Under the pieces are notes generated by a model. The model was not told the DNA's origin and did not search any database. It worked only from the letters and a program-made list of their open reading frames with translations. The position numbers and the translations under genes were made by a program. Shown here in pieces: positions 35,492 through 48,851 of a stretch of DNA of 64,000 bases (its first letter is position 1; each line of letters opens with the position of its first letter). The stretch is from Camelus ferus (taxonomy: Eukaryota), in assembly GCF_009834535.1 (NCBI RefSeq), contig NC_045696.1:31560001-31624000 (forward strand), read 5' to 3'.

Positions 35492-36266
35492 CAGGGTTGG
35501 TTATGTCCCTCTAGGGCATAATTTAGTATAAAATTAAAAGAAGAATACAATTTTTGTGACATCTGAAAACTAAAAATTTCAAATCTGAGTGTCTATAAAT
35601 ATTTACTGGAACATAGCATGTTCATTTGTTTGCATATTAGTGATGGCTGTTCGGGCACTTGCAGCAGAGAGACTACACACGGTGCTCTCATCACTTCACA
35701 CTGCTACTCAGCTCACTACAAATGCAGAGACACAGTTATAAATGAACTGTTTCAAGTAGTTTAAGTAGCACAATGCCACGAGATTTTATTGTTATTTTTC
35801 ACCAATGCTTGCCTAGCATGTCTAAACAAAGAAAGAAGAAAAACTGAACTTTGGGTGCTACATTTTTAAGGCACAGTGGAGTATATATTATTTCATTATC
35901 AAATTAGATGGCATTAGATTCCTGAAGGATTAGAATAATCCATGCAAGATAGGTAGGTATTATTAAGTCCCTTGCCCTATTTTTTTCCCTGAGGAAACAG
36001 ACCCAAACGGCATTGTGTTTATTATACAAATGATACTATGGCTGTGCTAAAAGTCAACATTACCAGACTAATAATTCATTGCAATATTATCAATAGGAAA
36101 TCAATGGTTAGATAAAATAGAAAATATAAAATGAAATAGCTCAACACTCCAGAATTTCTTTAAAAGGAAGGAAGGAGGGAAGGAAAGAAAGAAAGAAGAA
36201 AAAAAAAGGAAAAGGTGAGAAAAAAGTAAATAAAACTAAAAATAAGTTTCAAAGTGGTTTAGCCAG
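35492..36266 (+). mobile_element. Cheshire/MER58 hAT-Charlie transposon fragment with decayed transposase N-terminus
   Basis: CAGGGTTGG terminus and MER58B-like left arm. From ATG 35818: TTTTAAGGCACAGTGGAGT...ATCAAATTAGATGGC | ATTGTGTTTATTATACAAATGATACTATGGCTGTGCTAAAAG...ACATTACCAGACTAA, the Cheshire transposase zinc-finger region, frameshifted. Confidence 0.8.
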
Positions 36267-37045
36267 CTTCAACACACCATTGCTAATCCCATTAAAAGTT
36301 ATTGGCATCAGAATGCTAAGAGTTATAAATTATCTTTGAATTGGTAGGATGGGATTATGGCTGATTAATTTCTATTTTCAAATTTGACTAGAAGCATCTA
36401 TTTCTTTTAGAGTCTGAAAATAAAATATTAAAATACTACCAAAGATTTCCCCCTTAAAAATAATAGCTAATAGCAAATTAGTTTTCAAATACTAAGTGCC
36501 TTAGTTTTAAGGCATAAACAAGCATATGAAAGAAAGTGAAGTATGTGTAATTACTGTTATATTTACCATACCTATAAGATTTTTAAAAGTAATGGATTAT
36601 ATTTAGCCATAGTTATTTTCCCAGAAATTAACAGATTTATGGTGTCAATTTTCAAAAATGACTACAATGATAATCTTACACATTGGTTGTGCATATTGGT
36701 TATATCCGGTTGTGCAGAATGTTTAGCATATTCCTTATATAAATTCAAATTTGTTTTTATAAATAAGTGTTTTCTTACATAGCAAAGTGTGCTGTTTCCA
36801 GAGGGAAGGTTTTCTGTTCATGCAAAGAGAAACAGTTGCTTTCAGTCACTAGCTATTCTCTTAGACAACATTGGGACTTCCTAATATCAAAGTTACTCTC
36901 CTTCAACACACATACTCACGAACTGCCTGTTGCTAGAATACTGGATGGATTCTGTTTGGCAACATCCTCTCTAAGCCCAATCCTTTAAAATTTCTCTTAA
37001 TAAATTAATTTGTGCTCTAATAAAACCAAACTCTGTAACTCATCT

Positions 37046-37047
<2 letters not shown>

Positions 37048-37083
<36 letters not shown>

Positions 37084-37085
37084 AC
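37048..37085. repeat. (CA)n microsatellite
   Basis: Directly visible, with one interruption. Confidence 0.95.
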
Positions 37086-37988
37086 CCTCTTCTGCTGCTG
37101 AGAATCCTCTTGGCTTTCTTGCTGCTGTTACCAATTCTTTTTCCTGAATAGTCTGGAACAACTCACTTCTCACAGCAACAAAATATCAGAGGCCTGATCT
37201 CAGGAATTGATAGCTTGGCAGATGGCTCAGGTATTTTGGATTTTTATTGGCTTTTTGTGTGTAAGTCCTGGGTCTCTTTCTAGATAAATAGCACAAGGTC
37301 AGATATATATTATAAATACTTGAAGTCACAGTACTTCCACAGTAAATTACATGTGATAAATGTTTATTGCTCAAATATTCGAATGTGTCCTTTTCCTTCA
37401 CTGTATTTGCCAACTTGCTACAAATTTGAGAACTTGTTCTTGCCTTCCAAACTGTCCTGTCTCAAGCACCTCAACAAAAAAAGCACGTATCTGGGAGACA
37501 TTCCCTTAAATATTTTATTGTTTTTTTTAATTTCTTAAAACTCTCTATATCCAGGGAACTCTCAGAACACTCCTTTTTAATAAAGGTTGATTCTCCTGGA
37601 AGAGATGCAGAAAACATTCCTTTACCTGTTCTTCCCAAATGTTCTTAAACAAAAAGGCTCTTAAGCCTTGAAAGGTACAGTAACAAGTGTCCCATTCCAA
37701 GAAGCTGACCTTGAGTAAAGTGGATCTGAAATTTCCCTAGACCTCTAAGTTAAACCACCCAAAAACCAAGTCTCTCTGTCTCTCCCTCTCTCTCTCCCTC
37801 TCATCCTCCCTTCCTTTGCATTTGTTTACTAATGCCTCTTTTAGAACTGGGTTGATGTTAACTTTCTACTCTAAGGAATGACAACCCCATGCACACAGAG
37901 CAGATCTGCCTGAGGTAGCACAGCTACCTAACTCTGCTTCCCAAGGCCCAGTGTTTTTTGCTTTATCAAGATTTCATGATCTTTACCA

Positions 37989-38350
37989 TGTAAAAAAATA
38001 AAAATGAAAAAACCAACAGAAACATTAATTGAATATAGTCTGAAAACCTTAATTGAATATGGTCAGGAGATCAGACAGGGGAGCTCTTCCACCCTGTGAA
38101 CATGGCGGCAGATCTCAACAGGAAGAAGAATCCTCTTCTTTCAACAACTCTGGCAGTGAAAAAACATGGATCCACTGACTCTAACTCTCCCAGCTTCCCT
38201 TTCCTCTCCATAAAAGCATTCTCCTTCCCTTGCTGTGCAGGGACTTGCATGTGGCTCTCCACAGACCCTGAATTGCAATTCTCTGCTGATCCCCAATTAA
38301 CTACTATTTGTTAGAGAAATTAACTGGCAGTTTATTTATTTTGGTCAACA
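37989..38350 (+). mobile_element. ERV1 solo LTR (LTR39-like)
   Basis: TGTAAAAAAATAAAA...CCATAAAAGC (TATA-like)...CCCTGAATTGCAATTCTCTGCTGATCCC...GAGAAATTAACTGGCAG...TTGGTCAACA. No clear TSD. Confidence 0.7.
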
Positions 38351-39443
38351 ATGACTTCACCAATTTGCTCACCTGAGTCAGCGGTTTTAGATTTGTCCGT
38401 CACTATTGTCATTGTTATTGTCATCATGGAATGCCATTCTTTCCAAAACAAATACTATCACATTTTGATGGCCAGCTGCTGCTTCCTATGGTGGAAAAAT
38501 ATGAAGGCCGACTCTGATTTAATGATTGACCATTGCTCAGTAAACTGATCGTGCAAAATGGTCACAATATTTTACAACACTATCAAATATAGTAAACTAG
38601 GTTTAATGATTATGATTCACACATTCACTTTTCCATAATCTTTATGGTGCACACTTACAACACAGACCAATCCAAATCTAGTTTTCAGCTGCTTTCCTAT
38701 CTTTCATTCAGCTCTTTAATTTAGTTGTAATTGCCAGAAGAAGAATGAGATTTTTGACTTAAGTAAACTAAAAACAAAGCTCAAACATGTACATAGAAGA
38801 ACTCAATTTGACCCATGTGGCCCTATATTGTCTTCTACACTGTGATATATGTTGCTCTTTATACCACCCAAAGATTCCTTCTATAGCATTATTGCATAAA
38901 GATTTATTTTGTCATTAAACCCCCAAACTGAGCAGGAATGTCCAGGGACTATTTCCTATCCATGCCAAAAGGTTTAAGCAAATACGTAAGTAAGTGAGTA
39001 AATAAATAAATAGTTCTACTTATGATTGCAACTCTGGTTGTAAAGGCACTGGAAATACTCATTAGCTCACAAAGTTGAGGTATGAAATAAAATACCAGGA
39101 ACTCAAACAATCTAGAGTGGAATTTGCCAAAGGCCGGTATTCCTCATGCTTAGCAAGGGTGCACCTAATATAATTCATAAAAAACAAATTCTGCAAACAA
39201 AACAATGTATTTTCCCCACTTAAAAAAGAAACAATAATACATAATTCCTGAAAAAAGAACATACAGGTCTTTAGTTTTACCTCATGCTGATCTAGAGTAG
39301 AATTTATTCCTTAATTTCAAATCATACATTTTCCTTCAGAATTTTATGACCATGGTACATAAAAACAGAGTAACATGTATTGCCTCTGGTGGAATGATTC
39401 ATCTGTGGTTCTATATTTTTCTAATTATTTTTTTGACAGTGTC

Positions 39444-39568
39444 TTTTTTGGGGGGAGAGGTAATTACACTAATTAATTAATTAATTGATTAATGGAGGTA
39501 CTGTGGATTGAACCCAGGACCTCGTGCATGCTAAGCATACACTCTACCACTGAGCTATACCCTGCCCT
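39444..39568 (-). mobile_element. Vic-1-type camelid SINE (tRNA-Ala-derived), near full length
   Basis: Reverse complement reads AGGGTATAGCTCAGTGGTAGAGTGTATGCTTAGCATGCACGAGGTCCTGGGTTCAATCCACAGTACCTCCATT, then (AATT)n, TAATTACCTCTCCCCCC and an A tail. Pol III A and B boxes are intact. Confidence 0.9.
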
Positions 39569-39819
39569 CTGTGGGTCTTTATTTTTAAATTCAGGTGTCA
39601 ACTTAAAAAAAAAATTATTACTAGTGTCTGATAAAATTAAACAATCCATGAAAAACATTTTTCTGCTTTGAAGAGTGTTCTTTTCAATCTTTAAGTTCAC
39701 ACTGGAGAAAAAGAGTTTTATCTCTGGTTACTTTTTAAAGTATTATACATGTTCTAATTATTTCAAAAATTTGATAGAAACATGTTTGCTTAGTTCAACA
39801 TCTTTCTCCTTATTCTCCT

Positions 39820-42800
39820 AGAAAATACAAAAAAAAAAAAAAAAACAACAAAGAGAACAAGAAAAACAAAAATAAAAAAAAAATCCTCTGAGAAATCAAT
39901 TAAGAAAAACAAAATAAGAAGACAACATTAAAAAAAAACCCTCAGATTCCAAAATAAGCATAAAGATTATGCAAAACAAGATCTGGCAGAAGTCTTGAGG
40001 AAAGAAGTGAAATAAAGAAGCAGCTGAGAGAGCCTGCCTGTATCACATCTTACAAAGTACCAGGAAATGAATACTTCCTGAAGGTGAGGACCTCACCCCA
40101 CAGTGCAAAACAGGTCTGTCATTTGCAGTAATGAATGCAGAAACCGGAAGGGGCACAGTTGATGCCAGAGGCACTTTTGCACCAGATTTACTACAAAAAA
40201 GCAAAATTGGGGGTTTGCCAAAGAAACACAGAGAGAATGTAAATCTACCTGTGGAAGCAAAGAAGTAACGAGCAAAGCCACTGTGCCTTCCACACAAAGA
40301 TACAAAGACAAAAAACTCCTGACTATTACTACTTTCTGAAATTTGTTCTTATTTAATTACGGATAAGAAAAAAGTAATGTGGATATAGTCAACAAAAGTA
40401 TTGTGAGAAAAACTATGTGAGTGTGAATGAGCATCAAATCTTACCCTCAGATGAAGATCATTTACTAGAAAACTGTTGAGAAGCAGCAAATTACTCAAAC
40501 ATTTACAGTTAAGTAAAGTACCAAACAAAATAAATAAAACTCAATAAAGTTATCATTCCTGTAACATTGAGACCATAATTCAGAAACATCAAATTTACAG
40601 AAGAGAGGATTATAATAAGAATAAATACAGAAGAAAATGAAATATATGAAGCACTCAATGAAGGAGGATCAAGAAAATCACTAACAAAGTTGAACTGGAC
40701 AGACCACAAGAGAGAAAAAATAGTACAGGAAACATAGGAAAAGCATAACTGTAAACATTTACATAAATCATAAATAAAGACCAAAAACAAACAAAAAATT
40801 ATCCAACTCAAAAATTAAAAAATACATAATTTAAGCAAGCAAAATGAAAAAATAGCTGTAAGAAGAATAACTACTAATATACATTATAGAAAAATTCAAA
40901 ACTACGATATACAAACAAAAGCTGATCTGTGGAAGAGATGTATATAAATGTTATAAATATATATATAATATACAATATGTAAAAATAATGTGATCATCCA
41001 CTAGTCACCCTAATGAAGAAAAAGGCGAACAAGCATAAAAATCACAAATAATATGGGGGAAATAATCCATGAGAAAAATTTTTAAATCTTTTTTTCACAA
41101 CTCTGCAAATTTACTTCTTTCTGAATATTTAGGGCAATAATTTATCAAAATATACCACATAAGAGATAGAAGAGTTACACATATCAATTTTTGTAGCAGA
41201 ATTGAAAAAGTTGTGGAAGAACATACAATCCCCACAAAATCATCAGGCCCAGACAGATTCGCAGAACAATACTATACATCCTTTTCTGTTAGAAACTTGT
41301 ATTGCTATTTAAATGGTTAAGAAAAGATAAAAAAAAATTGTCAAATGGTTTGCAAGAAACATTTTTCATAAATCATTGTTTTTATACCTCACAAAGATTA
41401 GACACACAAAAAAAACTACACATCAAATCACTAATGAATAGATATTTTGGAATTCCTAAGTATAGGAAAGAAATTTAATAGCACATTAAAAATATAATGT
41501 ATTGTGAGAGATGTGGATTATTCTTAGAATGAAAGCATGGTTCAATACTAGGAAATCTATTAATATAATGTGTCCTTATGGAAGATGCATAGAGACAAAC
41601 TGTATAATCATTCTCATAGAAGCTACTATAACACAAAGCATTGAATTGACAAATGAACTACACAAATTGCACCACATTTTCTGATATTTCAAAGGCTACA
41701 AACAATTGCTATGCCCAGGAGTTAAAAACACCTCCATTTTGCAAAAATCTAAGACCATCAGATATAGTTCCATAAAATGCAACTTTTCTTCCTATGAGGA
41801 AGCAATTTAGTTCAGATTTAACAGACAAGATTTTATTGAACAATGTATGTGGAGACACTAACCACACAAAAGGAGCCACTTTGGTTTAGGGAATTCTCCA
41901 TTTTACATTCCATTAATTTCACAGCTTACATGATTTTCAAACCAACCATACTCCATAAATCTATATATTCCAGGTTTATTTACAAGAACCAATCTGGATA
42001 AACGTGTCCTACTAAAAACATTTTATTAAAAAAGTTCATCAGATCTTTGCAGTGGTCACTAGCTGGTTTATAAGTATATTTGTTTGAGATAATTTATACC
42101 TCTCGGTGTCTTGGCAGAGAGAGAGAGTGTATAGGCCTGCTACTAGTAATTTTCTACCCAGATGCTAAAAAAGCATTTAACAACATTCGTAAATTTTTAC
42201 TGATAAGAGAATTATTAAGAGAAAAACATTGGAAGCATAGATACTAGAAAAAATGAAGGTAAATAAATCACTGTTTTCAAAAATTGTAATTAAATCTTTG
42301 GAAAATAAAAGAAAAGCAATCATATTAAAAATAAGAGAGATAAATAATTATTTCATAGAAAATATAGTTTTTATATATTTCAAAATATAGTGAATAAAAA
42401 TATACCTTTCATAACCACAACAGAAGACAACATATTTAAAATAAAATTAACAATAAATTTGAAATCTATACAAAGAAAACTTTAAGGCAGTCATGTAGAA
42501 AACAAATACCCACCCCCAAACACATACAGAAATCTTGAACAAATAAAAGAAATCCAGATCCCTTCCATTCAGTAAATTCAAGACAGAATGTATATATTTT
42601 CTCTCCCAAAGAGCACTTAAAAATTTAATATCCTCACCAACAGATTTTTCTAGAATTGAAAAATTTGATATTAATGTCCATATATAAAAATAAACTAAAC
42701 AAATTGTTGGAAATCTCTGAATAAGAAACTGAATGACAGAAGACAGTACTAAATGTGAAGACATTTTATCAAGCCTTACATATTACATACATATATAATG

Positions 42801-42950
42801 ATATATTTTGTGCAAAAAGGAGAAAATATATTGCATTAATATTTGCTTATATAAACTTATGTTTATAAACTCATGAGGAATATTGAAAAAATAATAGCTA
42901 AGAAAGATTACCTGTGGAGGGGTTATTAAGTTGGTATTGGGAAAATGAGT
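39820..42950 (+). mobile_element. Very old, heavily deleted L1 (L1ME/L1M5-like), interrupted at 41626-42159
   Basis: ORF2 landmarks occur in order: AAATCATCAGGCCCAGACAGATTC (KSPGPDGF, about 41238), CATGGTTCAATACTAGGAAATCTATTAAT (WFNIRKSIN, about 41537), GATGCTAAAAAAGCATTT (DAEKAF, 42161). The 5' boundary is uncertain. Confidence 0.65.
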
Positions 42951-44012
42951 GACTAAAGAGATAAGAAATGTTTCTCATTCTATATTATATGCAGAATGTA
43001 TGCTGGCATTTCATAATTCATTATTCCATTATTTCTTTATCCATTAGCCAACATTCTCCTACAAAGAAGAGTTCTTTTGACATTATTATTATTATTACTT
43101 TTTCTAGTATCTTATGGACTATTGTTTTTAAAATGTATTATTATATACTACCATCACTGTATACTTTATATATGTGAAATATATGTGTTTTTCTTAGATT
43201 TATAAAAAAATCAAAATTGAGAGGGACTGAAATAGTAAAAAAAAAGTGATAATATAATTAAACTTAAATTTCTTATTTTCTAAATCGAACAAATAAAAAA
43301 AAGAATGGTATATATTATTTAATAGAAATAAATCAAGAAACATTACAAAGTAATTATTAAGCATCTCCCATGAAACCTTGAAAAATTTATTCTCTAATGA
43401 CATTTAAATGATTTTGGTTTGTACCTTAGTGTTTTTCTGGCGACTTAATAAATGAAAAGTTTATTAGCATGTAAATCTACTCATGCTCAAATACTATATT
43501 TAAAATATAAATGTTAAAAATGAAGAAGTGATTAATTGTGAGGCAAGTAACTTTTTTGTTTTAATGGATATATATCTAGAAAATGTAGATCTCATTTTTG
43601 CAAACTATGAAAATAGATTTGATATTAATTAACACTTCAGTTACCACACAAGTATTTTCAATAAATAAAATTCAGGAATTTAAATGTCATGGTTTCTGTT
43701 TATTTGGTTTATAGTAAATGTATCAATATAGAATTTTATAATAAAAACACAAGTGATAAAAACCTAAGAGAGACCACAATATTCCTCAGCTGTTCCACTG
43801 TGTTCTTCTCAGTGGTCTTCATGTAGTCTTTTTACAATTTTCTTATCTAATGTATGTCACCGATTTTACTTTTCTATTTTCCTTTCCTTATTTATTTAAT
43901 TTTTAGCATTTAAAAAATATTTCAACATTTTTATTTGAAAAAAAGTTTCACCTATAAGGAAGTTAAAAAAAAAAAAAAGCCCTTCAACTGGATTCACTAA
44001 TATCTGACTGTA

Positions 44013-44112
44013 ATTTTACACTCAGAGCATGTCTCAATTTGGGCTCACTATTGTATGGTTCAAGTGCTTGACAGGTTCATGTGGCTAGTGGCTACCAAAC
44101 TGAACAGCATAG
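44013..44112. mobile_element. MER3-like hAT MITE, partial
   Basis: ATTTTACACTCAGAGCATGTCTCAATT...TTCAAGTGCT...CATGTGGCTAGTGGCTACC...ACAGCATAG. Confidence 0.7.
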
Positions 44113-44525
44113 TTCTACAGCCTTGCTATGGCCCAGATAGAGAATGGCAAAATAAAAGGAGTTAATAATTTTCTGCCAAACATTTTCACCTATGTTATAT
44201 TGCTGCCTTGTCTTTGACCCTAGTGGTCTAAAATAGCTCATGAAATTATGGCCCTCACCATTCCTATCAAAATTATTAAACATTACATAAATAAACATAT
44301 TATCAGTCATCTGCAATCAGAAAAGGTCATTTCAGTCCAGAGAAACCGACAGTATTTATGTGCCCTGATTTGTCCACTGTACACATCTTCACATATATAA
44401 TATTTTTCTCCTAAAGTAACCCAGAGTGTCCTAAGGCATCATTTACTTTCTTGGTGCTTATTTTTTTGAAGCAGCAAATGTTCTCTTTACTTATACATAA
44501 CTAATAATTCCATTAATGAGGTTGT

Positions 44526-45051
44526 TTTCTTAGTCTGAGTTCCCAGAAAGTAGGAAAAATACTTATCTGCAGTGGTTTATTTGGGAATGTTAAGCTAGGC
44601 AGCAGGGATATAGGGCAGGGGAAGGAAACAGAGATGGAGAGAAAGTAAAAGAGGTTATACTGAGTTTGCATTCTTGTGGGTGAATTATTTTCAGTCTGCC
44701 CAAGTCTTATAAGCAGTTTCATAAAAAGTATTTTACAACCGTCTACTCTAAGAATAAAAAAGGAAACATTTATCCATTGACCCCAAATGTCCACTCATCA
44801 AGAGTGTTAACACCTCTCCAGGAGTTAACTGACCTTCCTTTTCTGGCTGTTGAGTGAATACATGTGTGTAGGGCAGAGTCTTTTGGCATCCCATTCTTAG
44901 ATCAGAGCAGTCCAAAAGAGAAAGTGGCTTGGTTGAAATAAGGTACTGTCCAATTTTACTTGCACTAAACTGGGCAAAGCTTATATAAAACTGTCGCCAT
45001 TCAATTGACTAGGGTAAATGGTAGGACAAGAGGATTTTGGAATGGTATACA
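44526..45051 (-). mobile_element. LTR16-family solo LTR, diverged
   Basis: TTAGTCTGAGTTCCCAGAAAG...GTGGTTTATTTGGGAATG...ACATTTATCCATTGAC, similar to the LTR at 33405-33885. Confidence 0.65.
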
Positions 45052-47720
45052 ATTGTTTTTATTTTGTATTGTTTTACTGGAATAACAAATGTTTCCAAAG
45101 TGAATTCAAGTTGCAAGCTTTTAGAAAAAGGGGGACCTAAGAGATTATTGTGAATACACTTATTGAATTTTTACTTTCTTATGAATGTATAAAGATTTTA
45201 GGGCATAATTTATTTGAAGCTCACAAGTAAACATTCCAACTATTCTTTAGATCTGTTTGAATCCCCTCCACAAGAATATATGAGCATCTGAAAGCCCTTT
45301 CATGCCAAGGACATAAAAATCTGACGGTGTATATCTTCTGGTACGTAGTTCAAACAATTAAAACACTTAGTTTTAATTACAATACACAATTATGAAAAAT
45401 TAGTATCTTAGTTAAATCAGAGAGCTTGAGGTATTCTTCAATACACATTCCCATTTTATTCTATTTTTAGTATTTTTGAGTAATTCATTAATACTTTTTT
45501 CTGTGTGTGGAATCCAAAGAACTTCAGGATCCTGGAATTCCATAAAGACTACATAAAACTGTTTTGAAGTCTATCACAGTGCTCACTTACTCTATTTTAC
45601 TTACATTTTTAAAATTTTAAAGTATGTTAGACTCTGAGCCTGCAGCCCCATGCTATTTTGTACTCTTGGTTTATAAATTTAGATAATTATCAGAGATGGA
45701 AAAATACTAAAGTTATGCTTATGTTATTTCTCATTTAAAAACCCATATTCTTGCTTCAATGCATCCTTCAATTCAAATGCAAAACTTGAGTAATTGAAAC
45801 TAAAATTTTATTTCAATAGTACCACCTCCATCCTTCTGCCAACAGATCAACATTAAAACTTTTATTCTACTTCTGTCAAGTTCTATCCTGATTGAAGAGG
45901 CAGGTATTGCTCATCTAAGCACAGAGCTTTTGATATTTAAAATAATTGGTGCAAATGAATGTGATTTTTTTCAGATGCTTTATATATATTATCTCTACTT
46001 TAAAACCCAAACTGCTTATGCAATGGAGAGGCTAAATCATTTATGAATATCAGTACAAAAATACAGTGGGAATATTAGCAGGTAGAGAATGAAAATAAAA
46101 TAGACTTTAGGTTTCCTACCTTTGAATTACTCAAAAAATACTAAGTGGCACAAATATTAGATCAAGTAAAACTTTTATCTATTTTCTTTCCCTTCAGCTA
46201 TCTTATTTTATCTCAGCAATTAACTCAAAACAAATGAAAAAAGTGACAGATTTCTAGGAGTATAACTGAACATTTGAATCAGTGTGTATGTGTGTGTATA
46301 TGTGTTCTCAAGGTTAAACCAGGACAAACCCACTGGAAAATGAGCTTTAAGAGAACAAAGATGAATAAACATCAAACAAACATAAATAAATAAAATTAGG
46401 AAAAAAGAGAACAAGGATGTTCAGAAATACATAAAAGTACTTGGGGTTTGAGGTGAGAGAGAAAACCATGGAACATAAATTCTATGCAGGCAGATCCTTT
46501 TTGGTCTTACGTGTCATTAATTCACAGGGCTTAGAGAAATGCAAATGTGACAGGTACTGTACAAATATCTATTAAATAAATGAGTGCATTATTTCCTCAT
46601 TCTATCATTCATTCATTATTTCATTGATTTACATCATATACATATATCTGGGTGTTTTTATGCAAAGATGATAAAATTTTCTACACATCAATAATTTCAT
46701 AATTTTGAGAATAGACTGGTATATACGTAACTATTATAAATGTGGTAACAGAATTCTGTTCAAGAAGCCATTCTCTAAGCTTTTAAAATGTAGTCAGTTA
46801 AGGTACTAATGAAGAGGAAATGCTTGAAATGTGTTATATTGTGGATATAAAGAAATTTAATCAGGGCATTGATAAAAATAGTAAAATAGCAGAATGGGGA
46901 AAGCTAGGCGGTTGTGGGGATATTAAAGAAATTCCAACCATCTGGTGGTCTTGATAATCGAGAAACTCCTAAGGGGAAAATGTAGACCAGTCTATCCAGT
47001 TAATCAGTTCATCAATCTGGCCCTGACACTAAAAGATGGATCCTGTAAGTGTAATATTATGATAATGTCATGAAATTGGAGCAAATGATTAATTCACATA
47101 AATAGTAGAATTTTTTTTCACTAACTATACTTCTTAACATATTCCACTAACCAAGTTCACTGTATCCTAATAAAAGTGGTACTGCAATCCTTTTGTTTAT
47201 TTTCTAAAATATTCATTTGAAAAGATCCATCAATTATGTGTTGGATATGTCAGATTAAAATAATGTATAAGGAAACCACTGTTAATAAGATATGTTTTAT
47301 AAAACATAAGGGAAATTCAAAGGTGCCCCAGAGCTTTAAAAGGGCAATAAGATTTGACTATATGTATGCATATTATTCTACTATTGACATTTTTTCTCAT
47401 TTCTTTTTTTGCTAAATCTATCACTATTTTAATTTAACACTTCTTTAACTGACTATTGCCTTTTATTCAATGAAGAGCATAGAGGAGGCTATTTTTAAGA
47501 CTGGGCTTACAATATAAAGTCTTAGAAATACTCCATTTTGGCAATTTATGTCTTTCCAAAGAAAAACTGTTTTCTCACTAACGTACGCATTGTTATATAA
47601 ATTAAGAATTAACCCTTTAATGGTATTTCCCAATTATATAAATTGTTAAGCAATTGTTTGCCAATCTGCTACATAATTTATAGGACATAAAGTTATTTAA
47701 TATATTAAAGAAAACACGAA

Positions 47721-47858
47721 TTACCAATCTTACAGTTGATATCTGATGTACACACAGATTAAGTAATTTGCTGAAGGAAGTAACAATCCAAGGATGTAGC
47801 AGTAGGATCTGAACTCAGGCATTTGTGATTTCAGAACCTAAACATTAACCACTATGCT
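47721..47858 (-). mobile_element. MIR SINE fragment
   Basis: ATTAAGTAATTTGCTGAAGG...GGATCTGAACTCAGGCA...TTAACCACTATGCT. Confidence 0.65.
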
Positions 47859-48808
47859 CTGAAAATGCAAAATAGATTTTAAAAATAAGGGTAAATGAAA
47901 ACAGTATTTTATAAAAACTCATGTTGTTTCTAAGAATCTATTCATTTTTTGTATTGCTTACACAGACAAAACTTTCATCTTTTGGGTCATCTTTTTTTGG
48001 AAACTTTGTTCTATATAATTTGTATTTGCTTTAGATTCATAGATAAGCAAATATTGACATACAAGTGGTCTGCTGCCTGATGAAGGGCAGTATGTTTTTT
48101 TAAGGATGTCAGTGTTGAGTCTTCTGAGACAAAGAATCAGTAGTCAGGGAAAACCACTGGGACCAGAAGGTGGATTTGTGCTAAAGACCAACATTTATAG
48201 CATAGCATGAACAGTCAGCAAAGACAAACACATATGCTAGGAGTTGGGATAGACTAGGAGTCAGAATCTGAGTTGTATGGGCAGTTACAATGCTATGTGT
48301 TCCTTACTAAAATTAAGGAAAATGTTCAACTAGAATAAAATTATTACAAATTATTCATACAAACTCAATGCCTTGTCAAGACTTTCTGTTCTACATAAGA
48401 AAATAATTCCTCCATCAATATTTTTTTAATCAAAACCACCAGCAGTCTTTATTAGAATTCCTAACAGTAAGTTTTTAGCCACTGTTGACCACCCATATAT
48501 ATTCTCTCATGGCTAGAAGTATTTAATTAGAAACATGATACCAGTATTTCCCCAGGTAATACAAAATCATACAATAATCTCTACAGGAATTTTTCTATAA
48601 AACACACATTACTATTTTCTAGATTAAATATATTTTTAAAACCATTATACTAATACATATGTTTTAAAATCCATTATAGTAATACATGCACGTACTGCTT
48701 ATAGAAAGTTGAAATTTAAATTATATAATTACATGTAGAGAAGTACAATTTTAATTGACCTGCTATGCTTTAAGAAGCTGACCATTCACAGGGGTCACAA
48801 TAAAGTCT

Positions 48809-48812
<4 letters not shown>

Positions 48813-48850
<38 letters not shown>
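48813..48850. repeat. (TG)19 microsatellite
   Basis: Directly visible perfect dinucleotide run. Confidence 0.95.

Positions 48851-48851
<1 letters not shown>

Noticed and set aside
35818..36165. Domesticated hAT transposase gene (GTF2IRD2/ZBED-like)
   Set aside because: Stop within 10 codons of the ATG, frameshifts and a 93-bp insertion mark it as a transposon fossil.
39492..39568. tRNA-Ala(AGC)-like sequence (also 28258-28331)
   Set aside because: It has a SINE tail and A-run and an imperfect acceptor stem, so it is a SINE head rather than a tRNA gene.
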